DNA of 64,000 nucleotides from Clostridium sp. (GCA_047624165.1 JBLHPD010000002.1:732-64731); one strand, 5' to 3'; counted from the stretch's first letter, positions 30,256 through 40,921 are shown. Numbers and translations: made by a program. The notes: a model not told the origin generated them from the letters alone.

Positions 30256-31614
30256 TTACGACTTTATAAATAATTCAAATATTAGCTTTTCCTTTTTCTT
30301 ATAACATTTTATATTTCCGAAATGAAGCTTTACAATATCCTTAACAATAGATAGACCTAGACCACTACCCTCCTCACTTCTGGATTGATCCTTTTTGTAT
30401 AATCTTTCAAAAAAACTATCTACTTCTGCTTCAGAAATTGGCTCCTTAGGGACATTACTCAAAGAAAAAACTCCATAGTTTACATTATTAAGCTTTTCTT
30501 TAGAAATTTTAATATTAATTACAGTATTTGGTTTAGAGTACTTTAAAGAATTACTTAGAAGATTATTTACTGCCCTTGCAAGCAGATCAGAATCACCATA
30601 GATGTAAACAGGTTCATTTGACAACTCCAGTTCTAGCTTTAATGACTTTTTCTCAAATACAATTTCTTCATCCTCAAATAGTTGTCTTGCTAATTCATTT
30701 AATTCTAAGTTTTCATTGTTTAAAACTATTTCCTTTGAAGAAAGTTTTGAATATTGGAAAAAATCCTCCATCATAATTGCAAGAAACAAACCTTTACGTT
30801 CTATGATGTTGATATATTTATTCATTTCTCCCTTAGAATCATATTTTTCTTTCTTAATCATATCAATATATCCAAGAATGGTTGTAAGCGGAGTTCGTAT
30901 GTCATGAGAAATATTGGTGAGAAATTCGCTTCTTTTCTGATCTTCCTTATCTGATTCAGAGGCCATAAAATTGATGTCTTCTGCAAGGTCTCTTAATTCA
31001 TTTCTATATTTAATGGGAGCTCTGTGAGTCAAATCACCCTCTGCAATAATTGCCACAGAGGCTTTTATTTTAGAAATATAGGATATTCTTCCCCCTATAA
31101 GCAGGAAGAAGCATATTAGAAACCCTATTAAAGCGTAAACTAGCATACCTGTGTCATCTTGTCCATATCTTAAATAAACATAATATAAGAAGTATCCATC
31201 TTTCAAATAGTCACAACCAGAAATTTTAAAAACATTATTATCAGTTTTTGAATTAGAATATTCTTTTTTACCACTTATAATCTCATTCTTATCAATAGCG
31301 AGTAAGCCTTTATTACTTCCGGCTACAACAGTACCAGTAGCATCCACTACATAAAAGCTGTAACCAAACTTGAAGCTATATTTTCTATCTAAAAGCTGCT
31401 GTAATTCAGGATGATTATTAAGGTTGCTACTGTTAAGATCTTTCTCTAAGCCGGTAATACTTTCAGAATAGATATTATTTATTCTGGAGGTAGAATTTTC
31501 ACTATATAAACCTATTCCTTGATTTTTAATCATTATAGCAGCAGTCAAGGAAATCACTAAAGAGATTAATGAAATTATAACCAATTCACCCTTAAGCTTA
31601 ATAATCCTTCTCAA
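30256..31614 (-). CDS. HAMP-domain sensor histidine kinase
   Basis: H-box ISHDIRTPLT, N-box NLLSNSLKY, G2 GSGLGLSI. Confidence 0.93.
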   Translation of the reverse strand: MRRIIKLKGELVIISLISLVISLTAAIMIKNQGIGLYSENSTSRINNIYSESITGLEKDLNSSNLNNHPELQQLLDRKYSFKFGYSFYVVDATGTVVAGSNKGLLAIDKNEIISGKKEYSNSKTDNNVFKISGCDYLKDGYFLYYVYLRYGQDDTGMLVYALIGFLICFFLLIGGRISYISKIKASVAIIAEGDLTHRAPIKYRNELRDLAEDINFMASESDKEDQKRSEFLTNISHDIRTPLTTILGYIDMIKKEKYDSKGEMNKYINIIERKGLFLAIMMEDFFQYSKLSSKEIVLNNENLELNELARQLFEDEEIVFEKKSLKLELELSNEPVYIYGDSDLLARAVNNLLSNSLKYSKPNTVINIKISKEKLNNVNYGVFSLSNVPKEPISEAEVDSFFERLYKKDQSRSEEGSGLGLSIVKDIVKLHFGNIKCYKKKEKLIFELFIKS

Positions 31615-32290
31615 CCTTATACCCCATTCCCCAAATAGTTTTTATATATTTACCTTCTTTAACTTTATCACCTAATTTTTCTCTTAGATTACGCATATGA
31701 ACAATTACACTGTTATCATTTTCTAAAAAGATTTCTTTCCATATCAATTGATACAGCACTTTAGTTGAATATACTCGTCCCTTATTTGAGGCTAAGGTGC
31801 TCAGAATATCAAATTCTTTTGGAGTTAATATAATTTCTTCTCTGCATTTTTGTACTGTATGTTCTAAAAGATTGATTTCTAAGTCCTTTACTTTTAATAT
31901 GCTATTAGCATCAGGGACATTAATATTAACAGTCCTTTTTATTATTGCAAGAACTCTTAAAGATAATTCTGCAAAGTCAAAAGGCTTAACCACATAATCA
32001 TCACACCCCTTGGTAAAGCCCTTTATTTTGTCTATTTGCTCACTTTTAGCAGTTAAAAGAATTACAGGTGTATCACAAAACTCTCTCAGCTTGGCGAGCA
32101 TTGCATAGCCATCCATTTTGGGCATCATAATATCTAATAATATCAGTGAAAAAGATTTATTTTTAGTGATTTCTAAACCTTCTTCACCATCACAGGCATA
32201 ATCGACTTCATAATCTTCCCTAGAAAAATAATTTCCAAGCATTTCTCTTATGTCTAGATCATCATCCACAATCAATATTTTATTCTGCAT
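31598..32290 (-). CDS. OmpR-family response regulator
   Basis: ILIVDDD, LDIMMP, KPF, wHTH VHMRNLREKL...KTIWGMGY. Confidence 0.95.
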   Translation of the reverse strand: MQNKILIVDDDLDIREMLGNYFSREDYEVDYACDGEEGLEITKNKSFSLILLDIMMPKMDGYAMLAKLREFCDTPVILLTAKSEQIDKIKGFTKGCDDYVVKPFDFAELSLRVLAIIKRTVNINVPDANSILKVKDLEINLLEHTVQKCREEIILTPKEFDILSTLASNKGRVYSTKVLYQLIWKEIFLENDNSVIVHMRNLREKLGDKVKEGKYIKTIWGMGYKVEKDY

Positions 32291-32342
32291 GCTAACACCT
32301 ATCCCTAAGTTTTTTTCTTTATTATACCATTTTAAATTTCGG

Positions 32343-33164
32343 TTAAGTATAAATAGATAAATCAGATGGTTTTACTTTTCTAAGAATAAAAAGTCCATAA
32401 ATTAATATAGGTAGCATTACTATAATAGATGCTATAGCATTAGGTACAGATATAGTAAAATATGCTTTGCGAATACCTCCACCGACAGCAATTTCTCTAA
32501 GACTGCCCAAAATATCAAATATAGCATGAATAATAATTGCTGGATATATAGTTTTATTTCTTAAAACACATGCTGCAAAAAATACTCCAATAAACATTCC
32601 GTATGTAATTTGCGTAAGACTAGCAAGCAATGAAAAATGATGTAAAATAAAATGAACTATATGAGTTGAACCAAATAATAAACTTGATAAAATTACTGAA
32701 AGGTAACATCCTTCTTTTGTACTTCCCCACTTTCGAAGCATTACACCTAAAACTACACCCCGGCATAGTACCTCTTCAAACAATCCTGTAGATAAATAGG
32801 TTAATATGAAAAGTATAATTACAAACGGTTTTGATTTATCTATAACAATACTGCCATCTATTAATCCTGCTCCATTAATAAAAGAAAATATTATCATAGG
32901 CCATATAATCCATAAGTCCTTCCACTGTTTAGGGCTAGTAAATCCTGAACTTTTCAATAAGTTAAATCGCTTTAAAATCATTATTAAGACAAAGCTAGCA
33001 AATGTTTGTTCAAATATACCTGTTGCATATTCACTAGATTGATGATCTAAAAAAGGTGAAAAGATTGGATCCATAGGTATAAATGTAAATGAAACAATAA
33101 CAAGAATTAGAATAATTGAAAAAATCACAGGTTTCTCAAAGGCATAAGTTCTTAGTTTGTGCAT
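32343..33164 (-). CDS. CPBP (CAAX/Abi) family intramembrane metalloprotease
   Basis: EEVLCRG, FGSTH, HAIFD motifs. Confidence 0.9.
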   Translation of the reverse strand: MHKLRTYAFEKPVIFSIILILVIVSFTFIPMDPIFSPFLDHQSSEYATGIFEQTFASFVLIMILKRFNLLKSSGFTSPKQWKDLWIIWPMIIFSFINGAGLIDGSIVIDKSKPFVIILFILTYLSTGLFEEVLCRGVVLGVMLRKWGSTKEGCYLSVILSSLLFGSTHIVHFILHHFSLLASLTQITYGMFIGVFFAACVLRNKTIYPAIIIHAIFDILGSLREIAVGGGIRKAYFTISVPNAIASIIVMLPILIYGLFILRKVKPSDLSIYT

Positions 33165-33403
33165 TTATGTTTCTCCTTTTTAAATATTTTATTTGCAGAT
33201 TTTAAGTGAATCATCCAAGTAACTTCCTATTTTTAAAATTTAATCGGCTATATCTACAATTATAAAATATAAAAAGTATGAAATTTATGTTTTAAAAATA
33301 AGTAAATTATAAAGATTACAATTTAAAAGCACTTAAATTCTTTCTTTTATACTATTTATTAAATCCATTGTCTAGATCTAATTTTGCCTGTAATATGAAA
33401 TGA

Positions 33404-33538
33404 TTGAACTTAGTCGTAAAAAGTGTTATAATGTCAATGGTAAACTGAGTAAAATGTTTTTACTACATAAAAATCAAGTATAAAATTGCAATTAATAAGA
33501 GAACATATGGAAGAGCTTATTTTTATAGGCTCTTTTTT
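33404..33538 (+). promoter_or_regulatory. Promoter and leader terminator (attenuator) upstream of the ABC-F gene
   Basis: TTGAAC-17-TATAAT (33404-33432); AGAGCTTAT/ATAGGCTCT plus T tract (33511-33538) before the SD; uORFs MVN and MFLLHKNQV. Confidence 0.55.
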
Positions 33539-33560
33539 AGTGATAAAGAGAGGTAATAAT

Positions 33561-35300
33561 ATGATAAAAGTTGATAACTTGTCCTACTCATTTCCGCAAA
33601 AGGATCTATATAATAACATTTCATTTACATTAGAGGATGGAGAGCATTGTGCTTTTATAGGAGCAAATGGCAGCGGTAAAAGTACACTGATAGATATAAT
33701 TATGGATCCGGAAAAATATATTTTCGACGGCACGCTCGAGATAGACCCAAATTGTAGAATTGGGTATGTGAGTCAATTTTCACAACTTGGCGATACAAAA
33801 GAAATTACAGTTTTCGAATATATAGGGGAAAAATTTATTAAACTACAAAATGAAATAACATCTATTTGCAGCGAAATGGAAACATCTTCGGATATTGATC
33901 CTTTACTAGAGAAGTATCAACAAGCTTTAGACGCATTTGATGCAATTAATGGGGATGATTTTGAGAATAACATTAATAAAAACCTAAATCTTGCAAACTT
34001 AATGAAGTATAAAGATCTAATGATATCTGAAATTAGTGGTGGGGAATTCAAGCTTATTCAAGTAATTAAGGAAATGCTAAATAGCCCAGACTTAATGATT
34101 ATGGATGAACCCGATGTATTTTTGGACTTTGAAAACCTTAATGCTCTTAAAAACCTAATTAATTCGCGTATTGGAACAATGTTGATTATTACGCATAACA
34201 GATATATATTAAATCATTGTTTTAACAAAATTCTGCACCTTGAAAACATGGAGCTCCAAGAGTTTGAGGGAAGCTATATTGATTATAATTTCTCATTACT
34301 TCAAACTAAAATTGAACTGCAAGAACTAGCGGCTGTTGATAATGAAGAACTTGAGAGAAACGAGATCTTAATAAATAAACTAAGATATTTCGCATCTGAA
34401 CATTCTCAATCTTCTAAAGGGAAAGGTGTAAATCCTAGAGTTAAAATTCAAGAAAGATTGGAAAAACGTAGAATTAAATCGCCATTTGTAGATATTAGAG
34501 AGCCGAATATAAATTTAGTTATAGATAATGAAATAGAAGAAACTATTGCTTTAAAAGTTAATGATTATAGTGTAGCCTTTGATGATATGCTTCTGGAAAA
34601 TATTAACTTTGAGATTAAATCTACTGATAAAGTAGCTCTTGTCGGTTCAAATGGTACCGGGAAAACGACAATACTTCAAGAAATCTTTAAAAATAATCAT
34701 GATTCTATTGAGATTAATGAAGATGTTGAAGTGGCTTATTTATCTCAACTTCAAGGCAAAACACTAAATGAGTCTAATACCATACTTGAAGAGTTCTTAG
34801 ATGCTGGTTTTAAAACTAATCAAGCGGTTATAGCATATGTTTCTGGGTATGGTTTCGAAGAAGAAGCCATTAATCAAAAAATAGGGGCTTTATCTGGTGG
34901 AGAAAAAAATATACTGCAATTGGCTAAGGTTGCTGCTAGTAAAGCAAACATGTTGCTTCTTGATGAACCGACAAGTCATTTAGACACCTATTCACAAATA
35001 GCACTGGAAAAAGCCATAGAAAACTATAAAGGTGCGATTCTTATGATTTCTCATGATTTCTATTCTATAGTAAACTGTATGGATTTTGTTTTACTAATTG
35101 AAGATAAGACAATTAGAAAAATGAGTATGCGAAAATTTAGAAAGATGATTTATGCTAGTCATTTTGATAGAGACTATCTAGAAATTGAACAAAAGAAAAA
35201 ATTAGTTGAAACAAAAATAGAACTGGCTTTAAAAGATACTGATTTTACGCTTGCAAAAGTTTTATCGCAGGAGTTAGAAGAGCTGATTAAGTTATTCTAA
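33561..35300 (+). CDS. ABC-F family ribosome-associated ATPase
   Basis: Two NBDs (GANGSGKS/ISGGE/MDEP and GSNGTGKT/LSGGE/LDEPT), linker, no TM domain; SD GAGAGG before ATG 33561. Confidence 0.92.
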   Translation: MIKVDNLSYSFPQKDLYNNISFTLEDGEHCAFIGANGSGKSTLIDIIMDPEKYIFDGTLEIDPNCRIGYVSQFSQLGDTKEITVFEYIGEKFIKLQNEITSICSEMETSSDIDPLLEKYQQALDAFDAINGDDFENNINKNLNLANLMKYKDLMISEISGGEFKLIQVIKEMLNSPDLMIMDEPDVFLDFENLNALKNLINSRIGTMLIITHNRYILNHCFNKILHLENMELQEFEGSYIDYNFSLLQTKIELQELAAVDNEELERNEILINKLRYFASEHSQSSKGKGVNPRVKIQERLEKRRIKSPFVDIREPNINLVIDNEIEETIALKVNDYSVAFDDMLLENINFEIKSTDKVALVGSNGTGKTTILQEIFKNNHDSIEINEDVEVAYLSQLQGKTLNESNTILEEFLDAGFKTNQAVIAYVSGYGFEEEAINQKIGALSGGEKNILQLAKVAASKANMLLLDEPTSHLDTYSQIALEKAIENYKGAILMISHDFYSIVNCMDFVLLIEDKTIRKMSMRKFRKMIYASHFDRDYLEIEQKKKLVETKIELALKDTDFTLAKVLSQELEELIKLF

Positions 35301-35414
35301 GTTTAGTGAGTAGTTAAGATTATTTATCTAATAAAAAACAACTATTTAAAAGGAAATAACGCTCAAACGCAGAATACATATATGAAAGATTATTATTTTA
35401 AGGAGGTCAAATAA

Positions 35415-35576
35415 ATGTCAAAAATCGAAATTCCAAAAGATAAAGATGAAATAAAACGACAAATTAAAGCCTTACAGAGCCAATTACCTATAGATGATAA
35501 GAAAAGAGATAGCAAAAGTAAGCAAATACATCAAGATGAAATTAAAGCCCTTAAAAAAGCATTAGGTGGCAAATAA
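35415..35576 (+). CDS. 53-aa charged helical small protein (not in ORF track)
   Basis: Perfect SD AAGGAGGT; MSKIEIPKDKDEIKRQIKALQSQLPIDDKKRDSKSKQIHQDEIKALKKALGGK; terminator at 35621-35666. Confidence 0.7.
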   Translation: MSKIEIPKDKDEIKRQIKALQSQLPIDDKKRDSKSKQIHQDEIKALKKALGGK

Positions 35577-35820
35577 GATATATTAATTATTTATATAAGT
35601 CACACAGATGCCCGTAAGTGAAAAGAAAAGGATTAAGGCGCAAAATGCTGTAATCCTTTTCTTTTTATTAAAAATGAGTCTATATTGTAGTAATTGGAGT
35701 TCCATGTTTATATGATTTCTCCTTGTATTTATTAGTACACAAATAACTTGGAACTAATTGACTAAATATTATATTCAAAATATAATGTATATATATTTCA
35801 CAAAAAAGGAGGTAAATAGT

Positions 35821-36378
35821 ATGTCAGATATAACGAAACAAGCTTTAGCACAATCATTAAAAAATTTAATGAATACTACTCCTTTAGCTAAAATTACGGT
35901 TAATAATATTGTTAAAGTGTGTAATGTAAATCGTCGTACATTTTATTATCACTTTCAAGATATATATGCACTTTTAGAGTGGATTTTTAAAAATGAAGTT
36001 GCAAATGTAATGGAAGAAAATAAAACCTATAAGACATGGCAAGAGGGGTTTTTGAGAATATTTTATTATTTGAGTGAAAACCGCAAAATGGTGCTAAATA
36101 CTTATAACTCAATTGGTCGAGACAAATTAGAAACTCACTTATACAGTGCAGTGTACAATCTGGTTTTAAATGTTGTAGATGAAATTACCTTAGGCAAAGA
36201 AGTGTATGAAAAAAGAAAGGAATTTGTAGTGAATTTTTATAAGGTTGCTCTTGTTGGCTTATTGCTTGAATGGATAAGAAAAAATATGATAGAAAATCCA
36301 GAGGAAATTATTGATAATCTTAGTAAAATAATAAGTGGAGATACCCATAAAGCTTTATTAGAAATCAAAATACCTTAA
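35821..36378 (+). CDS. TetR/AcrR family regulator (DhaS-like)
   Basis: KITVNNIVKVCNVNRRTFYYHFQDIY; SD AGGAGG. Confidence 0.92.
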   Translation: MSDITKQALAQSLKNLMNTTPLAKITVNNIVKVCNVNRRTFYYHFQDIYALLEWIFKNEVANVMEENKTYKTWQEGFLRIFYYLSENRKMVLNTYNSIGRDKLETHLYSAVYNLVLNVVDEITLGKEVYEKRKEFVVNFYKVALVGLLLEWIRKNMIENPEEIIDNLSKIISGDTHKALLEIKIP

Positions 36379-36391
36379 TAGTATTATAAAT

Positions 36392-36436
36392 AAAAGCTAT
36401 GAAATTAAGTTTTTAAACTCATATTTCATAGCTTTT
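36392..36436. terminator. Bidirectional terminator tetR/ohyA
   Basis: AAAAGCTATGAAAT / ATTTCATAGCTTTT. Confidence 0.7.
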
Positions 36437-36459
36437 TATTCTTTATATTTCAAATAAGC

Positions 36460-38163
36460 TTAAATTAAACCTTCTAAACTGGTATTGATTAATAATTTTT
36501 TGATAATTCCTTCAGCAGGTAATGGTCTTCCACTATACAGTGCTTTAGCTGCTTTAGTAACAACACGTACATCATATTGGCTAGGGTATATTTCAGGTGG
36601 ATTTTTTTCAAGTCCAAGTAAAGTATATACAGCCATAATAGCAGAACGAACTGAATATTCAACAGTAAATACACAATCATCTTTAACTTCTGCAAATTGA
36701 CCTAAAAATGCAAGGTTTGTACTACCTGTAGGTACAATTTGTGGTCTATCTCCTTTAACACGAGGCATAAACTGACTTGTAACATAAGGCATGATAGAAG
36801 GAATTACAATACATGTTTCAATGTATTCATGCATATCTTTTTCATCAATTCCTAAATGATATAAAAGCTCTTGTAATAATTCGCTGCCAGTACAGGCACT
36901 CATTTTCTTTTTAATAAAATCACCTTCATTGTTAGGGAATAAAGCATATGCCCATATAACTATAACATCATCTGGTTGATTAGTAAATTGAGGTTGTCTA
37001 TTAACAGTAACACTTAATAACCACTTTGAGTCTTTAACTGTTATTATTCCGCCTGTTGCAGTTTGATGTGGAGCGAATTCTCTTTCAGCAAATTTCTCCA
37101 TAAGTTTTCTCATTTTAGGACCTTTAGCAGTTATTGTATATGATTCCCATGTAGTTTTATCAATATCACTACAGAATACTTCTGGTTTTCCGAACGCGCC
37201 ATCTTTTTCAGCTATTTTTTTCCACAGACTCCAGCAGGCACCTTCACTTCTATCGAGTACTGGCGCTTTATCCATATTTCCAAGTGTAGCATTTTCAGTC
37301 ATGGATCCATTAGTAAAGAATACTAAATCATTTTCTGTAGTTTTAATAAGTTCTTCTTTTTTTCCATTACGAGTTAAATGAATTCCTGTAACTGTTTTTT
37401 TATCTGCAGTTATATCTATATCTAAATCAGTTACTTTTGTATTTAAGTCAAATACTACTCCTTGTGACTCTAACAATTTTTTTAGTGGAAGAATCATTGA
37501 ATCGTATTGATTATATTTAGTGAAAACTAACCCTTTCATTTTATTCATTCCTGGCATTAGATGTATAAAACGATGCATATAACGTTTCATTTCAACAAGA
37601 GCGTGCCAATTTTCAAATGCAAACATACTTCTCCAATATAACCAAAAATCCGTTTCTAAGAATGAAGCATCAAAAAATTGTTCAACAGTAGTTGCACCTA
37701 AAGAATCTTCGGTTGCAAGAAATAATTTAGTAAGTTGCTTAACATGATTTTGTGCTAGTCCAAGAGTTGAAAAATCAAGTTTTTCTCCACGGTTAGCAAT
37801 AGCACGACAATTAGAGTAGTTAGGATCAGCATTATTTAATTCTCTAAATTCATCTAAAACAGTTCGTTCAGGTTCTTCTAATGATGGTACTTTACCGAAT
37901 AAATCCCACATACATTCATAATGCTCTTCCATTTCTCTTCCGCCAAGTGCAACATATCCATCTTTTGCATTTCCAGCACCGTCCATAGAACCACCAAGAA
38001 TATTTTTTTGTTCTAAAACAGTAATATTTTTACCGTCCATATGACCATCACGGATTAGGTATTCAGCAGCCGCGAGTGAAGCTATACCTCCACCAATTAG
38101 ATATGCTTTTTTATTTTCAATTCCTTCAGGTTTTAATGTTTTAATTCTTTCATAATTTACCAC
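36460..38163 (-). CDS. ohyA: Oleate hydratase (MCRA family)
   Basis: GGGIASL, GGSMDG, GGREMEEHYECMWDLF, TKYNQYDS, TNGS, VFTVEYSVRSA. Confidence 0.93.
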   Translation of the reverse strand: MVNYERIKTLKPEGIENKKAYLIGGGIASLAAAEYLIRDGHMDGKNITVLEQKNILGGSMDGAGNAKDGYVALGGREMEEHYECMWDLFGKVPSLEEPERTVLDEFRELNNADPNYSNCRAIANRGEKLDFSTLGLAQNHVKQLTKLFLATEDSLGATTVEQFFDASFLETDFWLYWRSMFAFENWHALVEMKRYMHRFIHLMPGMNKMKGLVFTKYNQYDSMILPLKKLLESQGVVFDLNTKVTDLDIDITADKKTVTGIHLTRNGKKEELIKTTENDLVFFTNGSMTENATLGNMDKAPVLDRSEGACWSLWKKIAEKDGAFGKPEVFCSDIDKTTWESYTITAKGPKMRKLMEKFAEREFAPHQTATGGIITVKDSKWLLSVTVNRQPQFTNQPDDVIVIWAYALFPNNEGDFIKKKMSACTGSELLQELLYHLGIDEKDMHEYIETCIVIPSIMPYVTSQFMPRVKGDRPQIVPTGSTNLAFLGQFAEVKDDCVFTVEYSVRSAIMAVYTLLGLEKNPPEIYPSQYDVRVVTKAAKALYSGRPLPAEGIIKKLLINTSLEGLI

Positions 38164-38381
38164 AATTAATCTATCTCCTTTGATTTTAAAATTTTAGTTT
38201 GCTTATAGAATCAATCAGTATGTTTTATATTTAACATATAAAAAATTTATGTTGGAGTGTCTATAACAATAATATAATTTTTATGAAAGAGAGTAAATCA
38301 TCAAAATACGTAGAGTGTGCAAATTTGTAACAAAACCTTTGATTTGTGAGAGTTAATCTTCAAAATATAAGACTTATTACT

Positions 38382-38978
38382 TTATTTAAGTGTATCTAAT
38401 ATCTTCCTAAATTCTTCTATTGGCTGTGCACCAACTAAAGAGTATTTGTTATTTATGACAAAAGTAGGAGTGCTATTGATTTCCATGCTGAGGGCATCTT
38501 TAGCACTATTATTTAAAGTAGTTTCATAATCTCTATTTTTAACGGCACGAATAAGTTCTTCTTTATCTAGACCGAGAAGGTTACCTAAATCACCAAGCAC
38601 CTCTAAATCACCGATATCTTTTAAATCTCTAAAGTAAGCATCCATAAGTGCAGAATGATACTCTTTTAACATTCCATGAGTTCTAGAAAATTCAGCAGCC
38701 TCTAAAGCGTTATGAGAATTAGGCATTCTTTCTAATTTCCCAAAGCTAATACCATAAAGGGATCCTGAGTAGTTAAGGTTTTTTATCATTTGGTCTAAAT
38801 TTGATTTACTAAATCTTTCGTTAAGATTTACACCTTTCTCAGGAGTTTCAGGGTGTATTTCAAGTCCTAACCATTCAATATCAAGGTCGTATTCTTTTTC
38901 TAGCTTCTCGACAATACCTTTGCCGACATAACAGAAGGGTCAAATATAGTCGGAGAAAATTTTAATTTTTATATTCAT
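38382..38978 (-). CDS. DsbA/FrnE-family thiol-disulfide oxidoreductase, probable selenoprotein (UPFC)
   Basis: SD GGAGGT; MNIKIKIFSDYI-TGA-PFCYVGK in frame with the 135-aa ORF; cis-Pro STPTF; 198 aa with readthrough. Confidence 0.85.
38904..38937 (-). promoter_or_regulatory. Bacterial SECIS-like hairpin
   Basis: After UGA: CUUC/GAAG lower stem, UCGGCAA/UUGUCGA upper stem, apical loop AGGUA 20 nt from the UGA. Confidence 0.7.
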
Positions 38979-39037
38979 AATTACACCTCCATAAAATTCT
39001 TATAAAATAAATGCATTTTACCATAAGTTAATGTAAA

Positions 39038-40594
39038 TTAATTTACTGCCCATCGTCCTACTGTATTTAATATTGAAGGATTAGGGTAGAAAGTTTTAAA
39101 AACTCTATAGAAATAAAGTTCTTCTTTTGAACGGATTTCCAGACCCTCTTCATTATAAATTCGAGATATTTCTGTTTTTAGCTCTAAGTCAGAAATACAT
39201 TTATTGAATTTTTCTTCAAGGAATCCTTTAGTTCCGCTTCCTTCAGAGAATTCTTCTTTTTTTCTCCATAATATATCATCGGGAATGTATCCTGTACCGT
39301 CGAAGGCGGTGCGGAGAAGCCATTTCTCTGATATAAAATTATCCTTTTGTTGAGGCATTTTCCATTTTGCGGGTATATGCAGTACATATTTTATCAGTTC
39401 TTCATCTAGAAAAGGAACACGCCCTTCAATAGAATTCGCCATACTTAATCGATCCAAACGTTGTAAATTAATATTATGAATAGATCCGAGCACCCTTAGT
39501 AGTTCACGTTTTAATTCTAGTTCATCACTGATATCTTCCAAATAGGCATAGCCGCTAAAAATTTCGTCAGCACCTTCACCCGAAAGTATAACTTTTACAT
39601 GTTCAGCCGCAAGTTTAGATACAAAGTAAGTTGGAATAGCGCTTCTCACAAGAGAAGGGTCAAATGATTCCAAATTATAGATTACTTTTGGAATTGCCTC
39701 CAAAATATCCTGTTCCGTATAGATATATTCATAATGATCTGTTCCAAGATATTTTGCTACATGCCTCGCAGCAGACAAGTCTGGACTGCCTTTAAGACCT
39801 ATACAAAAGGATTTTATTGGACCATCACCTTGATAGTATTTGCTAGCGATGGCAGCAATTAAACTGCTGTCTAGTCCACCACTAAGTAATACACCCAGAG
39901 GCACATCTGACATTAGACGTTTTTTGACAGCTTTTTCAAGAAGACGTTTAATAACTTTAAGCGTTTCATCTAAAGGATATTGCTCACAAAAGGATATTTG
40001 GTCATTAATTGTCTTCACAGTTCTATAAGGAACAAACCCATCTTCTAGCGTAAAATAGTTTCCAGGAGGGAATTCAATGACTTCATCTACAATTCCGTAT
40101 AAGCATTTTAATTCTGAAGCAAAATAGTATTTTCCGTTTTTCTGTCCGTAATAGAGGGGTTTAATTCCCAAAGGGTCTCTGGCTGCAAATACCGATGGTT
40201 GACCGCTTCGCGAATCTGAAATAATAAAGGCAAACATCCCATCTAAATAATCTATGCAATTTTTCCCGTATTCTTCATATAAATGCAGTGCAACTTCGCT
40301 ATCTGAGTTGTGGAGAAATTGGTGGTGCTGCAGATGTTCTTTTTTTAATTGCTGGTAATTATATATTTCACCGTTACAAATAATCCATGCATTATCTGAT
40401 TCATTTGGAATGGGTTGGATTCCATCTTCGGGGCTGATAATAGAAAGGCGTTTATGTCCTAGTAAGCATTGAGGTGTTCTTTTTATATCAGATTCATCAG
40501 GACCTCTATGTTCCATAAGGTTCAACATATGTTTCATTATGGGTTCCTCGTTGTTATCAAAGGAGTTCCCAATTATAGCTGCGATACCACACAT
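39038..40594 (-). CDS. asnB: Asparagine synthase (glutamine-hydrolysing)
   Basis: N-terminal MCGI, HRGPD, NGEIYN, RDPLGIKPLY, LSGGLDSS, SGEGADE, RVPFLD. Confidence 0.93.
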   Translation of the reverse strand: MCGIAAIIGNSFDNNEEPIMKHMLNLMEHRGPDESDIKRTPQCLLGHKRLSIISPEDGIQPIPNESDNAWIICNGEIYNYQQLKKEHLQHHQFLHNSDSEVALHLYEEYGKNCIDYLDGMFAFIISDSRSGQPSVFAARDPLGIKPLYYGQKNGKYYFASELKCLYGIVDEVIEFPPGNYFTLEDGFVPYRTVKTINDQISFCEQYPLDETLKVIKRLLEKAVKKRLMSDVPLGVLLSGGLDSSLIAAIASKYYQGDGPIKSFCIGLKGSPDLSAARHVAKYLGTDHYEYIYTEQDILEAIPKVIYNLESFDPSLVRSAIPTYFVSKLAAEHVKVILSGEGADEIFSGYAYLEDISDELELKRELLRVLGSIHNINLQRLDRLSMANSIEGRVPFLDEELIKYVLHIPAKWKMPQQKDNFISEKWLLRTAFDGTGYIPDDILWRKKEEFSEGSGTKGFLEEKFNKCISDLELKTEISRIYNEEGLEIRSKEELYFYRVFKTFYPNPSILNTVGRWAVN

Positions 40595-40921
40595 TTATTA
40601 AATCACTCCTATATTTTGTAGTTTTTAGCGCATCAATCGTGGCGCTTACTTATAGTTTAAGTGAATGGAACAAAAATGGCAATGTTCATATATTTTGATT
40701 GACAATGATTACATAAGCTCAGTAGTGTTAAAAATTGTATTAAAGCTATTTGAATAAACATACTTCGAAATTCAGTAGCAAACAGCAAGAACTCTCTACT
40801 GGATTTTAAGTAGTTAAAGTAAGAGATATAGTACATAAAGCCTAAAATGAGACTATTCATGTGTGTTCTGGGAGTAGCAGGTAATACCTAAAAAGGGCAC
40901 TTCCACTTTTGCTCTTGTAGG

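Noticed and set aside
40665-40681. TGGAAC-N5-TGGCA as a sigma54 promoter
   Set aside because: Mismatches to consensus, points away from asnB, and marR has its own sigma-A-like promoter.
40868-40915. GGGAGTAGC resembling the start of a yybP-ykoY Mn2+ riboswitch
   Set aside because: The 3' elements (CGUCA, AGACC) are absent and it lies upstream of the marR promoter.
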